Below are positions 11,538 to 20,902 of a DNA stretch of 64,000 bases, one piece after another. Origin of the DNA: Hyphomicrobiales bacterium (lineage in GTDB: Bacteria > Pseudomonadota > Alphaproteobacteria > Rhizobiales > JAJFHB01). The notes below the pieces were generated by a model. The model did not search any database. It saw only the letters and a program-made list of their open reading frames with translations, and was not told the DNA's origin. The translations under genes and the position numbers were made by a program. The stretch covers positions 49,839-113,838 of the forward strand of contig JAJFHE010000015.1 in assembly GCA_021775755.1 (NCBI GenBank). Reading direction: 5' to 3'. Positions within the stretch are counted from its first letter, which is position 1, and the number at the start of each line of letters is the position of its first letter.

Positions 11538-11815
11538 CGCTCTGCAACTCCCATTGATTCGGATCCGTTACGAGCCCAGAAGACCACCATTGGCTGAAAA
11601 TTGCCTTAAGCCGCCGGTCCGTCCGGCGAGGTGCACCACCTGCAAAAGCGCCTCGGTTGCGCCACCATGCGGGCCTCCTGCGATTAATCGGCCCAACTGC
11701 GCGAATCCACTGGTATTGTTTGCCCGTATCTGCTGAAAATGCACCGGGAAGCTGGATGTGCCCCACGCGCGCGGCAAGCGTCCGGTGTCCGTAAACGGGG
11801 AATTTGGAGAAGAAA

Positions 11816-12358
11816 ATGGCGGAAAATACACAAGGGTCGGGAGGTTTCGGAAAACTGATCGGCGCTGCGGTCATCGGTGCCATCGTGCCGACGGTGATCA
11901 GCATTGCCTATATCAGTAATCTGTCAAAGCGGATCGACACGATCGAGCAAAATGGCGTGACGCCGACAGCCGTGGCCGAGCAGCTGGCTTCAAACAATGC
12001 CGATGCCCTGAGAGGCGAAGCCGGGGCGCAGGGTGCGGCCGGAGCCGCTGGCGCCGCTGGCGCCGCTGGTGCCGATGGCGCCGCCGGGCAGGCGGGGCCT
12101 GCTGGACCCGCGGGCGCGGACGGCGCGCAGGGGACGCAAGGTGATCAGGGAGCAGCAGGGCCCAAGGGCGGTCAGGGCGATCAGGGCGCGCAAGGACCGG
12201 CGGGACCTGCCGGACCACAGGGCGCGCAAGGACCTCAGGGTCCGGCGGGGGCCGCAGGGCCAGCCGGATCGCAGGGCGAGGCCGGCGCTTCGGCATCCGT
12301 TGAAGATGTCGTCGGTGCGGTTATCGAGCGGCTGCGCCAGCAGGGCGTGATCCAGTAG
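11816..12358 (+). CDS. Collagen-like protein with N-terminal transmembrane anchor
   Basis: GGAGA RBS 11806-11810; hydrophobic LIGAAVIGAIVPTVISIAYI; 31 uninterrupted Gly-X-Y triplets (12014-12292); followed by its own terminator. Confidence 0.85.
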   Translation: MAENTQGSGGFGKLIGAAVIGAIVPTVISIAYISNLSKRIDTIEQNGVTPTAVAEQLASNNADALRGEAGAQGAAGAAGAAGAAGADGAAGQAGPAGPAGADGAQGTQGDQGAAGPKGGQGDQGAQGPAGPAGPQGAQGPQGPAGAAGPAGSQGEAGASASVEDVVGAVIERLRQQGVIQ

Positions 12359-12363
12359 CACTT

Positions 12364-12390
12364 GGCCGATCCGGGCCGATCCGGGCCGAT
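12364..12390. repeat. 10-bp tandem repeat (GGCCGATCCG x2.7)
   Basis: ggccgatccg ggccgatccg ggccgat directly after the collagen gene stop. Confidence 0.8.
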
Positions 12391-12410
12391 ACCGGCTCAA
12401 ATGCAATTTC

Positions 12411-12446
12411 AGGCGCCATCCCTGACAAGGGGTGGCGTCTTTTTTT
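12411..12446 (+). terminator. Rho-independent terminator of the collagen-like gene
   Basis: AGGCGCCATCCCT-GACA-AGGGGTGGCGTCT stem (two G-U pairs) followed by a T run. Confidence 0.85.
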
Positions 12447-12455
12447 GTGCGCGCT

Positions 12456-13988
12456 TCACGCCGCCGAGCGCAGGCCGTCGGCGGCGCCGCGGTAGCTCAG
12501 CGCTTCGGCGATGTCTAGGCGGGTGACGTCGTCGCGGCCGTCGAGATCGGCGAGAGTGCGGGCGACGCGCAGCACGCGGTGAAATCCACGCGCGCTCAGG
12601 TTCATGTGTTCCGACGCCTCGCGCAGCAGGGTCATGCCGGCCACATCGGGGCTGGCGATTTCTTTCAGAAGCTCGCCGTCGGCGCGGGCGTTGACGCGCA
12701 CGGCAGACGCACCGAAGGCCGCGAAGCGGGCGCGCTGGCGGTCGCGCGCGGCGATGACGCGTTGGCGGATGGGTTCGCTCGCCTCGCTTGCGGCACGGCC
12801 GATGAGATCTGCGGCACGCACCGCAGGCACTTCGATGCGCATGTCGATGCGGTCAAGCAGAGGCCCTGAGAGCTTTGCCTGATAGTCGTCCGCGCAGCGC
12901 GCGCCGCGGCGGCAGGTATGGCCGGGCTCGCCGGCGCGGCCGCACTTGCATGGGTTCATGGCGGCAATCAGCTGAAAGCGGGCCGGATAGGTGACGTGAT
13001 GATTGACGCGGGCAATCGCGGTTTCGCCGGTTTCCATGGGCTGGCGCAGGGATTCCAGCACTTTTGGCGGGAATTCCGGCAATTCGTCGAGGAACAATAC
13101 GCCGTTATGGGCGAGCGCCATTTCGCCCGGGCGCGCACGCAGGCCGCCGCCGACCATGGCGGCGGGGCTTGCCGTGTGGTGCGGGCTGCGGAACGGGCGG
13201 CGGCGCCCGATGCGCCCGCCTGAAAGCTCGCCGGCGACCGACGCGACCATGGAAGTCTCGAGCATCTCGGCGGGCTGCATGGCCGGCAGGATCGAGGGCA
13301 GCCGCTGGGCAAGCATCGACTTGCCCGCGCCGGGCGGCCCGACCATCAAGAGGTTGTGGCCACCCGCCGCGGCGATCTCAAGCGCCCGGCGCGCACTCTC
13401 CTGACCCTTGATGTCGGCAAAGTCGGGCAGGTCTGCGGTGTCCTCGGCAACGCCGGCGCGCGGCCGCGACAGCATCTGCGTGCCCTTGAAGTGGTTGACC
13501 AGCTGCACGACGTTGGCGGGGCTCAGAATATCGAGCGCCTCGCCGGCCCAGGCCGCTTCCGGCCCGCAGGCTTCAGGGCAGATGAGACCGAGCCCCTGCG
13601 CGTTGGCGGCGATGGCGGCCGGCAAAGCGCCCGCGACCGCCGACACCGACCCGTCAAGGCCGAGTTCGCCAAGCACCTGATAGCGCATCAGAGCTTCCGC
13701 CGGCACGATGCCGAGCGAGGCCATGAGCCCAAGGATGATCGGCAGGTCGTAATGGCTGCCCTCCTTGGGCAGGTCGGCGGGCGCCAGATTGACGATGATG
13801 CGTTTGGGCGGCAGCGCCAGACCGATGGCGGTCAGCGCGGCGCGCACCCGCTCGCGGCTTTCCGCCACCGCCTAGTCGCCAAGCCCGACGACGGAAAACG
13901 CCGGCATGCCGGAGGCAATCTGCACCTGCACATCAACAGGCACCGCCTCGATGCCCTGAAACGCAACCGTCCTGACGTGAACAACCAT
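12456..13988 (-). pseudogene. comM: ComM/YifB Mg-chelatase-like AAA+ ATPase with in-frame TAG at codon 39
   Basis: ATG 13988 gives MVVHVRTVAFQGIEAVPVDVQVQIASGMPAFSVVGLGD*AVAESRERV (TAG 13872-13874). The remainder is open with NLAPADLPKEGSHYDLP, GPPGAGKS, LAHNGVLFLDELPEF, AAMNPCKCG. Confidence 0.85.
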
Positions 13989-14046
13989 GACACCTTTCCC
14001 GCGAAAACCGCGCGGCAAAGATACCCCGGATTGAATTTCACATCAA

Positions 14047-14061
14047 GAACATTTCAAGAAC
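14047..14061 (-). promoter_or_regulatory. Alphaproteobacterial LexA (SOS) box upstream of comM
   Basis: Minus strand GTTC-TTGAAAT-GTTC is an exact GTTC-N7-GTTC, 58 bp upstream of the comM ATG. Confidence 0.8.
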
Positions 14062-14076
14062 AAACAGGAGGCCCGG

Positions 14077-15210
14077 TCACCCCGAGCCGTAGGCGCGGCC
14101 GCGCCAGGTGACGGATTTGCCCATGGCGCGGCGGATGAGGCATGTCCATTGCAGGACCAAAAAGAACGTCATGGCCAGCGGATGGAACACCACGCCGAGC
14201 CATGACTGGCCGAAGCGCAGCGCCAGCACGGCACGCCAGGCATAAGCGCAGACCGCGGCAACGGCCAGATAGGTCAGCGCTGTGCCGGTGAGGCCGGAAA
14301 CCCAGACCCAGATTGCGAGCGGCAGCGGCAGAATGTGGCCGCCGGCGAGCAGCACCGTCCATATGGGCAGTCCGATTGGCGTCGCCATGCCTTCGTGGGC
14401 GTTCTTGGCAAGCCCTTCCCACAAACCGCCGAGATTGTCGTACATCCGCGTCGCAGCAAGCGCATTGGCGTCGAACAATGCGGTGAGATGGCCGTTGCGA
14501 CGGAAAACGCGCGGCAGCCTTACGCCATCGTGGGCGCTGTCCGCGATCTCCGAATGGCCGCCGGTTTCGCGGTAGGCCTGCATGCGCACGGCAACAAGCT
14601 GGCCGCAGGCGGCGCCGAACATCGGGTGGCGCGAGAGGCGAGCACCGACGATCGGCAGATAGCCGAGCAACAGCACATGGATGAGCGGGATGACGAGTTT
14701 CTCCCAGAAACTCTCCGTCATCTGTTTTGGAAACCCGCTCAGCAGCGCGACATCGGGCCGCTTGTCCATGTAGGACGCGATGCGACCCAGCGCGTCGGGC
14801 GACACGGTGACATCGGCATCGAGGAACACGGCGATGTCGTGGGCGGCGTGTTTCGACAACGAAAAACAGGCATGCTGCTTACCGCTCCAGCCCTCGGCCA
14901 GCGGCGGCGCGTCGACAAGGCGGACACGGGCATCGCGGGAGGCAAAGTCGCGGACGATCTGCGGTGTGTTGTCGGTGGAGCTGTCGTCGCCGATGATCAG
15001 CTCAAACGCCTCGTGGCGGCTGGCGAGCACGCTTTCGATGACCGGAACAATGCGTTCCTCCTCGTTGCGCGCGGGGATGAGAACGGAAAGCGCGGGCGCT
15101 GTACCGCGCGGTTTCGGCAGGGGCAGGTAGAAGCCAAGGTTCAGGACGCCAAGGCCAAGCGGCAAAGCGGCCAGAACGAGCACGACGAGCGCCCAGACCT
15201 CGACGCTCAT
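14077..15210 (-). CDS. GT2 glycosyltransferase, CrtQ-like (carotenoic-acid glycosyltransferase)
   Basis: SVLIPARNEE, GWSGKQHAC, FLDADV, AACGQL, C-terminal TM helices and VTWRGR; downstream of a carotenoid desaturase. Confidence 0.8.
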   Translation of the reverse strand: MSVEVWALVVLVLAALPLGLGVLNLGFYLPLPKPRGTAPALSVLIPARNEEERIVPVIESVLASRHEAFELIIGDDSSTDNTPQIVRDFASRDARVRLVDAPPLAEGWSGKQHACFSLSKHAAHDIAVFLDADVTVSPDALGRIASYMDKRPDVALLSGFPKQMTESFWEKLVIPLIHVLLLGYLPIVGARLSRHPMFGAACGQLVAVRMQAYRETGGHSEIADSAHDGVRLPRVFRRNGHLTALFDANALAATRMYDNLGGLWEGLAKNAHEGMATPIGLPIWTVLLAGGHILPLPLAIWVWVSGLTGTALTYLAVAAVCAYAWRAVLALRFGQSWLGVVFHPLAMTFFLVLQWTCLIRRAMGKSVTWRGRAYGSG

Positions 15211-16037
15211 GAGCGGTCCTCCTCATGCGCGGCGGAGAATTTCTCACCCCGCACCATGGCTTTCAGATAGCGCCAGGCATCGTAGACCGGATTGACCCGG
15301 GCGCGCCCCTTGACAAGAACATCGAAAGCTTCCGCATCTCTCACAATGGCAGCCGCCGACAGGTCATCCATCGTCGTGCCAAGACGGGCGGCAAGGTCGC
15401 CGTTCCACTCATCCGTCGTGCGGCCCTCAACGCTGCCGCCGCGCACGGGCACGCCAAAATTGATCAGCACTTCGGGTTTGCGCTCGTTCCAGAACACATA
15501 CTCGATCGCCATCGGCACAAACAGCGCATCGGTATCGCGGGCCAGTCGGGCGACGCCCGCCTCGAATTGCAACGGGCGCAAGCGGGCATCGGAGAATTTA
15601 CCCTGGGGCGTCAGCCACAGCGCGCCGGAGCCTTCCGCCATGAGACCGCGGCCGACGGCCAGAAACCGCGCCGCGCCGCGCATGCTGTCGCGGTCGACCC
15701 CGAACACGCCAACGCGTTTCATGAAGGCGTATTTCTTCAGCATCGCCTCTTCCATCGGCCCGAAGGCCGGGCGGCCAGGCGTCAGTTTGGCGGCGAGCAG
15801 AATGATGAGGATCGGATCCCACCAGCCCGGGTGATTGCAGAAGAACACCATGCCGGTATCGGTCTTCCAGCCGCGTTCGGCCGCCGACAGAATGCGCACC
15901 GCATTGAAATTTCGGGCGAAATAGCCTTCAAGATAGGACGAGAACAGCCGGAACATGCGCGGCGAGTAGGTGTCGAGCACCGCGCGGGCGTGATCGGTCT
16001 TGACCTTTGCGCCGGCACTGTCGCTGTTGTCGCTCAT
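15207..16037 (-). CDS. PlsC-family acyltransferase (candidate glycosyl-carotenoid acyltransferase)
   Basis: HX4D motif NHPGWWD, LWLTPQG; 4-bp overlap with the GT2 gene. Confidence 0.8.
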   Translation of the reverse strand: MSDNSDSAGAKVKTDHARAVLDTYSPRMFRLFSSYLEGYFARNFNAVRILSAAERGWKTDTGMVFFCNHPGWWDPILIILLAAKLTPGRPAFGPMEEAMLKKYAFMKRVGVFGVDRDSMRGAARFLAVGRGLMAEGSGALWLTPQGKFSDARLRPLQFEAGVARLARDTDALFVPMAIEYVFWNERKPEVLINFGVPVRGGSVEGRTTDEWNGDLAARLGTTMDDLSAAAIVRDAEAFDVLVKGRARVNPVYDAWRYLKAMVRGEKFSAAHEEDRS

Positions 16038-16054
16038 TCACTCACATATGCGGT

Positions 16055-17551
16055 TCAGGCGTGGCCAAGGTCGGAGGCAAGAAGCCGCGTGGAGATGCGC
16101 GCGGATTCAAAAATGACCGGCAGACCGCTGCCCGGGTGCGTACCTCCGCCGACAAGATAAAGCCCCGGCACATCGCCGAACCGGTTGTGCGGGCGGAAAT
16201 AGAGCATCTGCCGCAGATTGTGGCTCAGGTTGAAGGTGGCACCCTTGTAAATATTGAGATCGTCGCGCCAGCCGTCCGGTGTGACGATCTTCTCGTAACG
16301 CACCTTGTCGCGCAGGCCCTTCAGGCCGACAAGCTCAAGGCGCTTGTAGATGAAGTCGGCAAATCTGGAGGTCTCGTTGCCCCAGTGAATACCGTCCGTC
16401 TCATGCGGCACCGGCACCAGCACGTAGATTGTACTGTGGCCCGGCGGCGCCAGCGTGTCGTCGTTGATCGAGGCGTTCTGGACATAGAGCGACGGCTGGT
16501 CGGACAGTTTCTTGGCGGCGTGAATATCATCGATGTTGGTTTGCAGATCGTCCGCCAGCAAAATAGTGTGGTGCGGCACGTCGTCGTAATGTCCTTCAAT
16601 GCCGAGATACATCATGAAGGTGGAGCAGGAGTATTTCTTCGACGCGATTTTGGCATCGCTCCAGCCCGGGCGTTTCTTTTCCGGCACGAGATCGGTCATC
16701 GCCTGGGCAAAATCCGCGTTCAGAAACACCGCATCCGCCACGTAGCGGCCTTTTTCGGTTTCCACCCCGGCAACGCGGTCGCCTTCGAACATGAGCTTCG
16801 TGACAGGCTCGGACAGGCGGAACTCGACGCCGTCTTCACGGGCGATGTCCGCCATGCGCTGCATCACCATGTTGCAGCCGCCCTTGGGGTGCCATACGCC
16901 GTGCTCGTATTCGAGAAACGCCAGAATGGAGAACAGGCTCGGACACTGGAACGGCGACATGCCGAGATATTTCGCCTGAAACGAAAACGCCTGACGCACG
17001 CGCGGATCGGAAAAGTGGCGCTGGAGATCCCGGTCCAGCGACCGATGCGGGCGCAGCATCGGCAAAGACTGCAGGACGCTCGGGCGCAGATAATCGAACA
17101 CGCTGTCGAACTCGTTTTCAAGTACCGGGCGGAAGCGCTCGAGTTTGGCGGTGTTGTCGGCCATATATTTTGGCAGGTTTTCCGCATCCTGAGGCGAAAA
17201 GCGGGAGATTTCCTCCTGCATTTCCTTCAGATCGCTGCGCGCATAGATCTCGCCGCCGTTTTCGAACGCGACCCGGTACATGGGGTCGACCTTCACCATG
17301 GGCACCTCGTCCCACAGGTTGCGGCCACAAGCGGCAAACACGTCCTCGAGAACGCGCGGATAGAGGAAAAAGGTCGGGCCGATGTCGAACCGGTATCCGT
17401 CCGCTTCGATGGCGCCGGTGCGGCCGCCGATACGGCCTCCGCGCTCGATCACGGTAACGTTGTAGCCCTCGCTGCGCAGCAGCATGGCAGACGCAAGCCC
17501 TCCCGGCCCGGCGCCAACGACTACGACGTTCTTAGCTTTATGGGTGGGCAT
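16055..17551 (-). CDS. crtN: CrtI-family carotenoid desaturase, CrtN (diapophytoene desaturase)-like
   Basis: FAD motif VVGAGPGGLA, FDIGPTFF, KYLGMSPFQCPSLF, GATFNLSHNLRQMLYFRPHNRF, VGGGTHPGSGLPVIFESA (CrtN-type C-terminus as I recall it). Confidence 0.75.
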   Translation of the reverse strand: MPTHKAKNVVVVGAGPGGLASAMLLRSEGYNVTVIERGGRIGGRTGAIEADGYRFDIGPTFFLYPRVLEDVFAACGRNLWDEVPMVKVDPMYRVAFENGGEIYARSDLKEMQEEISRFSPQDAENLPKYMADNTAKLERFRPVLENEFDSVFDYLRPSVLQSLPMLRPHRSLDRDLQRHFSDPRVRQAFSFQAKYLGMSPFQCPSLFSILAFLEYEHGVWHPKGGCNMVMQRMADIAREDGVEFRLSEPVTKLMFEGDRVAGVETEKGRYVADAVFLNADFAQAMTDLVPEKKRPGWSDAKIASKKYSCSTFMMYLGIEGHYDDVPHHTILLADDLQTNIDDIHAAKKLSDQPSLYVQNASINDDTLAPPGHSTIYVLVPVPHETDGIHWGNETSRFADFIYKRLELVGLKGLRDKVRYEKIVTPDGWRDDLNIYKGATFNLSHNLRQMLYFRPHNRFGDVPGLYLVGGGTHPGSGLPVIFESARISTRLLASDLGHA

Positions 17552-17726
17552 ATGTTTCCCGTGTCACCCTGTTATTCACTCTACACCACTCAGTTGCGCG
17601 CTTGACACGCGGGGGAAGCGGTCGTCTTTTGGTGCGCCCTCATTCTTCCTGCGCTACCGTGTTCTATGCCACATGGTTCCATGAGATTGAAACGCTTTGT
17701 ACCAAGACAACGACAGTACCTCTGCA

Positions 17727-19184
17727 ATGAAGCCTTCTCAGACCGAACTGATCCGCCACCATGTCGACGCACTGCGCGCCGCACAGCATGAGTGGTGCCG
17801 CGCCGATGTGCCGGAACGGCTAAAAATAATCAAGGGGTTCAGGCAGATTTTAAGCACCGGCGGGGAGGACTATTCAGCGCGCCTCGCACGCGAAAGCGGC
17901 CGCGTGCAGGGCGAAATACTGGTCGCGGAGTTCATTCCCCTGGCCGATGCGTGCCGGTTTCTGGAGCGCAGCGCGGCGAAAATCCTGAAACCCCGCAAAC
18001 TTGGCGGTTCCGGCCGGCCCTCCTGGATGCCGCTGCTCGCAACCACCGTACGGCGCGATCCCTTCGGCGTGGTTCTGGTGCTGGCGCCCTTCAACTATCC
18101 GCTCATGCTGCCCGGCATTCAGGCGCTGCAAGCACTGGCGGCAGGTAACGCGGTGTTGTTCAAACCGGGTCGTAACGGCCTGCAGGCAGCCATGCTGTTT
18201 GCCGAAATACTGCAGAAAGCGGGGCTTCCCGAGGGGCTTTTGCACATTCTGGATGAAAGCGTGGAAGCCGGCGCGGCGGCGCTGAAAAGCGGCGTCGACA
18301 AGGTCGTCCTTACCGGATCGGTCGAAACCGGCCGCGCGGTGGCACGAGCGCTGGCCGATGGGCCGGTCCCCTCGGTTATGGAGCTTTCCGGCAACGATCC
18401 GCTGATCGTGCTGCCGGGCGCCGATCTTGGGCTTGTGGCAAAAGCGGTCGGATACGGATTGCGCCTCAACGGTAGCCAGACCTGTATCGCGCCCAGACGC
18501 ATCATCGTGGTGGGCCGCGATGCAGGCCCGGTGCGCGACCGGCTGCTTGAGACGATCACGGCATTGCCGGCGGCCGAACTGCCAGCGGACCTCCTGACGC
18601 GGCTCGATGCCGCACTTACGGACGCCCGCGCCGCCGGCGCCGCGACGACACCTGAAGACCCGCGGTCGGGCACCGCATTCGCGCCCTGCCTGATCGAGGG
18701 GCTTGATGCGGGCCATGCATTCCTCGCCATGGACCTCTTCGCGCCGGTGTCGACGCTGCTTGAGGCCGAAGACACCGATCAGGCGCTCGACATCGTGCAC
18801 CGTTCGCCCTACCGGCTCGGCGCATCGATTTTCGGACCGGTGCGCGAGGCGCAATCGCTGGCCGCGCGGCTCGATGCCGGTGCCGTTTGCATCAACGACG
18901 CGATCATACCAACCGTCGATCCACGCGCGCCGTTCGGCGGGCGCGGGCGTTCCGGCCATGGCGCGACACGCGGCGCAGAGGGCCTTTTGGAAATGACCCA
19001 GGCCAAGGCGGTGTTCACCCGTTCAACGCGGATCAGGCCGCACTTCGCACCGCCACGCGACGACGATCCGGAATTTTTCGGCAGTTTTCTGCTCGCCGCC
19101 CATGGCACAGGCTTTAAGGCACGGCTGTCTGCCGCGCGGCGGCTCATGCGTCAACTTTCAACGCGCATGTCGGCATTGAAGTAA
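17727..19184 (+). CDS. Aldehyde dehydrogenase (AldH/CrtNc-like by context)
   Basis: APFNYP, LTGS, catalytic Glu in MELSGND, catalytic Cys in GSQTCIA, PFGG; divergent from crtN. Alternative TTG start at 17697. Confidence 0.85.
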   Translation: MKPSQTELIRHHVDALRAAQHEWCRADVPERLKIIKGFRQILSTGGEDYSARLARESGRVQGEILVAEFIPLADACRFLERSAAKILKPRKLGGSGRPSWMPLLATTVRRDPFGVVLVLAPFNYPLMLPGIQALQALAAGNAVLFKPGRNGLQAAMLFAEILQKAGLPEGLLHILDESVEAGAAALKSGVDKVVLTGSVETGRAVARALADGPVPSVMELSGNDPLIVLPGADLGLVAKAVGYGLRLNGSQTCIAPRRIIVVGRDAGPVRDRLLETITALPAAELPADLLTRLDAALTDARAAGAATTPEDPRSGTAFAPCLIEGLDAGHAFLAMDLFAPVSTLLEAEDTDQALDIVHRSPYRLGASIFGPVREAQSLAARLDAGAVCINDAIIPTVDPRAPFGGRGRSGHGATRGAEGLLEMTQAKAVFTRSTRIRPHFAPPRDDDPEFFGSFLLAAHGTGFKARLSAARRLMRQLSTRMSALK

Positions 19185-19189
19185 GTTTC

Positions 19190-20107
19190 ATGAACCCGAT
19201 CGTCGTTGAAAACCTGACCAAGAGCTACCGCCGCGTGAAAGCGCTTCAGGGCGTCAGTTTTTCCGTGCGCAAGGGCGAGACCTATGCGCTTTTGGGCCCC
19301 AACGGCGCCGGCAAGACGACGACTATCGAAATTCTCGAAGGCTACCGCAAAGCGGATGGCGGCACGGCGCGCGTGCTCGACATGGACCCGGCAAGCGGCG
19401 GGCGGCGTCTGCGCGAAAAAATCGGCATCGTGCTGCAGGCAACGGCGCTTGAGCCGGAACTCAACGTGCGCGAAACGGTGCGCGCCTTTGCGCGACTTTA
19501 CCCGAGCGCGATCCCTGTCGACGAGGCCATTGAACTGGTCGATCTCGCGCACGCCCGGGGCAAGCGCGTCAAGGCACTGTCGGGAGGCCAGCAGCGGCGC
19601 CTTGAGATTGCGCTCGGCGTTGTCGGCAGTCCGGAAGTTCTGTTTCTTGACGAGCCGACCACCGGTCTCGATCCCGACGCGCGGCGCAAGATATGGGATT
19701 TGGTGCGCTCCCTGAACGATGCCGGCAAGACCATATTGCTATCCTCGCACTATATGGAAGAGGTTGAAGTCCTGGCGCACCGGCTGTCCATTCTGGTGGA
19801 CGGCAAGATCCGTGCCGAAGGCTCGCCACTCGAGCTGCAGGGCCAGTTCGGCGCGCGCGCCACCATCAGCTTCAAGATCCAGGGCAACGGTCAGGAAATC
19901 ATCTATCCTTACGGTGTGCGCGATAAGGTGCGCGAGCATCAGGGCTGGACGTATCTGGCGGTCGATGACCCGACGCCGGCGCTCAACGAATTGACAGCCT
20001 GGGCGATGCGGCACGGGTTCGGGCTGCAGCATCTCACGGTCAACCGGCCAACGCTTGAAGACATCTACCTGCAACTCACCGCCAAACCGCAGCCGGAAAC
20101 CCGCTGA
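19190..20107 (+). CDS. ABC-2 exporter ATP-binding subunit
   Basis: GPNGAGKTT, LSGGQ, LFLDEPTTGLD, SSH; starts 5 bp after the aldehyde dehydrogenase stop. Confidence 0.93.
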   Translation: MNPIVVENLTKSYRRVKALQGVSFSVRKGETYALLGPNGAGKTTTIEILEGYRKADGGTARVLDMDPASGGRRLREKIGIVLQATALEPELNVRETVRAFARLYPSAIPVDEAIELVDLAHARGKRVKALSGGQQRRLEIALGVVGSPEVLFLDEPTTGLDPDARRKIWDLVRSLNDAGKTILLSSHYMEEVEVLAHRLSILVDGKIRAEGSPLELQGQFGARATISFKIQGNGQEIIYPYGVRDKVREHQGWTYLAVDDPTPALNELTAWAMRHGFGLQHLTVNRPTLEDIYLQLTAKPQPETR

Positions 20108-20898
20108 TGCTTCTCTTGTTCGAAACCTTCCATCAGCTCAGGCTGTTTATGCGCCGGCCGGCGGCCGTATTCTTCGTGGCGGTTCTGCCGCTCGTGCTCC
20201 TGGTGATTTTTACCGAAATCTTCGGCAACGATCCGGTATCGGCCCAGGGCGTGACCACAGCACAGTTCTACACGCCGGCGCTCGCCGTCTTCGGCATGGT
20301 GACCGCGTGCTACACCTATCTGGCGGTTTCGACCGCCATTGCGCGCGACACCGGCGTCCTGAAACGGGTGCGCGGCACGCCGCTGCCGCCGCTGACCTAT
20401 ATTTCGGCACGCGTTATCGCGGTGTCGGTCATCGCGGTGCTGTCGGTGGTGCTGGTGGTCGGTGTCGGCGTTGCCTTCTACAAGGTCGAGCTTTTGCATC
20501 ATTCGCTGCCGGCATCGGTGGTTTTGCTGATCGTCGCCGCATTGACGTTCTCCGCGCTCGGAATGCTGGTGACCGCGCTCTGCAAGTCATCCGACACGGT
20601 AATCGCGGTGACTAACGCGACGCTGCTGCCGCTCGCCTTCGTGTCCGAAGTGTTCGTCCGCCCGTGGCGTGAACTGCCGACATGGATGAAATGGATTGCC
20701 GATGTGCTGCCGCTCAAGCACTTCTCATCGGCCTTTCAGGCGACCTTCAAGCCGGCCCTTCAGGGACACGGTTTTGTGTGGCAGGGAGGCGATACAACGC
20801 TTGCCATCCTGCCGCAGCTTGCAATCCTAGTCGCCTGGGGCATCGGGGCCGCCGTGCTGGCGAGCTACCTGTTCCGCTGGGAGCCCAACGCAGGGTGA
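20107..20898 (+). CDS. ABC-2 type permease
   Basis: About six hydrophobic segments, RDTGVLKRVRGTPL; TGATG overlap with the ATPase gene. Confidence 0.9.
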   Translation: MLLLFETFHQLRLFMRRPAAVFFVAVLPLVLLVIFTEIFGNDPVSAQGVTTAQFYTPALAVFGMVTACYTYLAVSTAIARDTGVLKRVRGTPLPPLTYISARVIAVSVIAVLSVVLVVGVGVAFYKVELLHHSLPASVVLLIVAALTFSALGMLVTALCKSSDTVIAVTNATLLPLAFVSEVFVRPWRELPTWMKWIADVLPLKHFSSAFQATFKPALQGHGFVWQGGDTTLAILPQLAILVAWGIGAAVLASYLFRWEPNAG

Positions 20899-20902
20899 TC
20901 GT

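Noticed and set aside
11681-11790. CGATTAATCG palindrome and GCACCGG...CCGGTGT hairpin upstream of the collagen gene as a riboswitch
   Set aside because: No known aptamer consensus or expression platform recognised; such pairings are common in GC-rich DNA.
13832-14041. 69-aa ORF upstream of the comM track ORF, suggesting a frameshift
   Set aside because: The true ComM N-terminus is in the same frame as the main ORF, separated only by the TAG; this ORF is off-frame.
17552-17726. PpsR/CrtJ box in the crtN/aldH divergent promoter
   Set aside because: The TGT...ACA pairs present have N10 and N8 spacing, not N12. A TTGACA at 17602 lacks a convincing -10.
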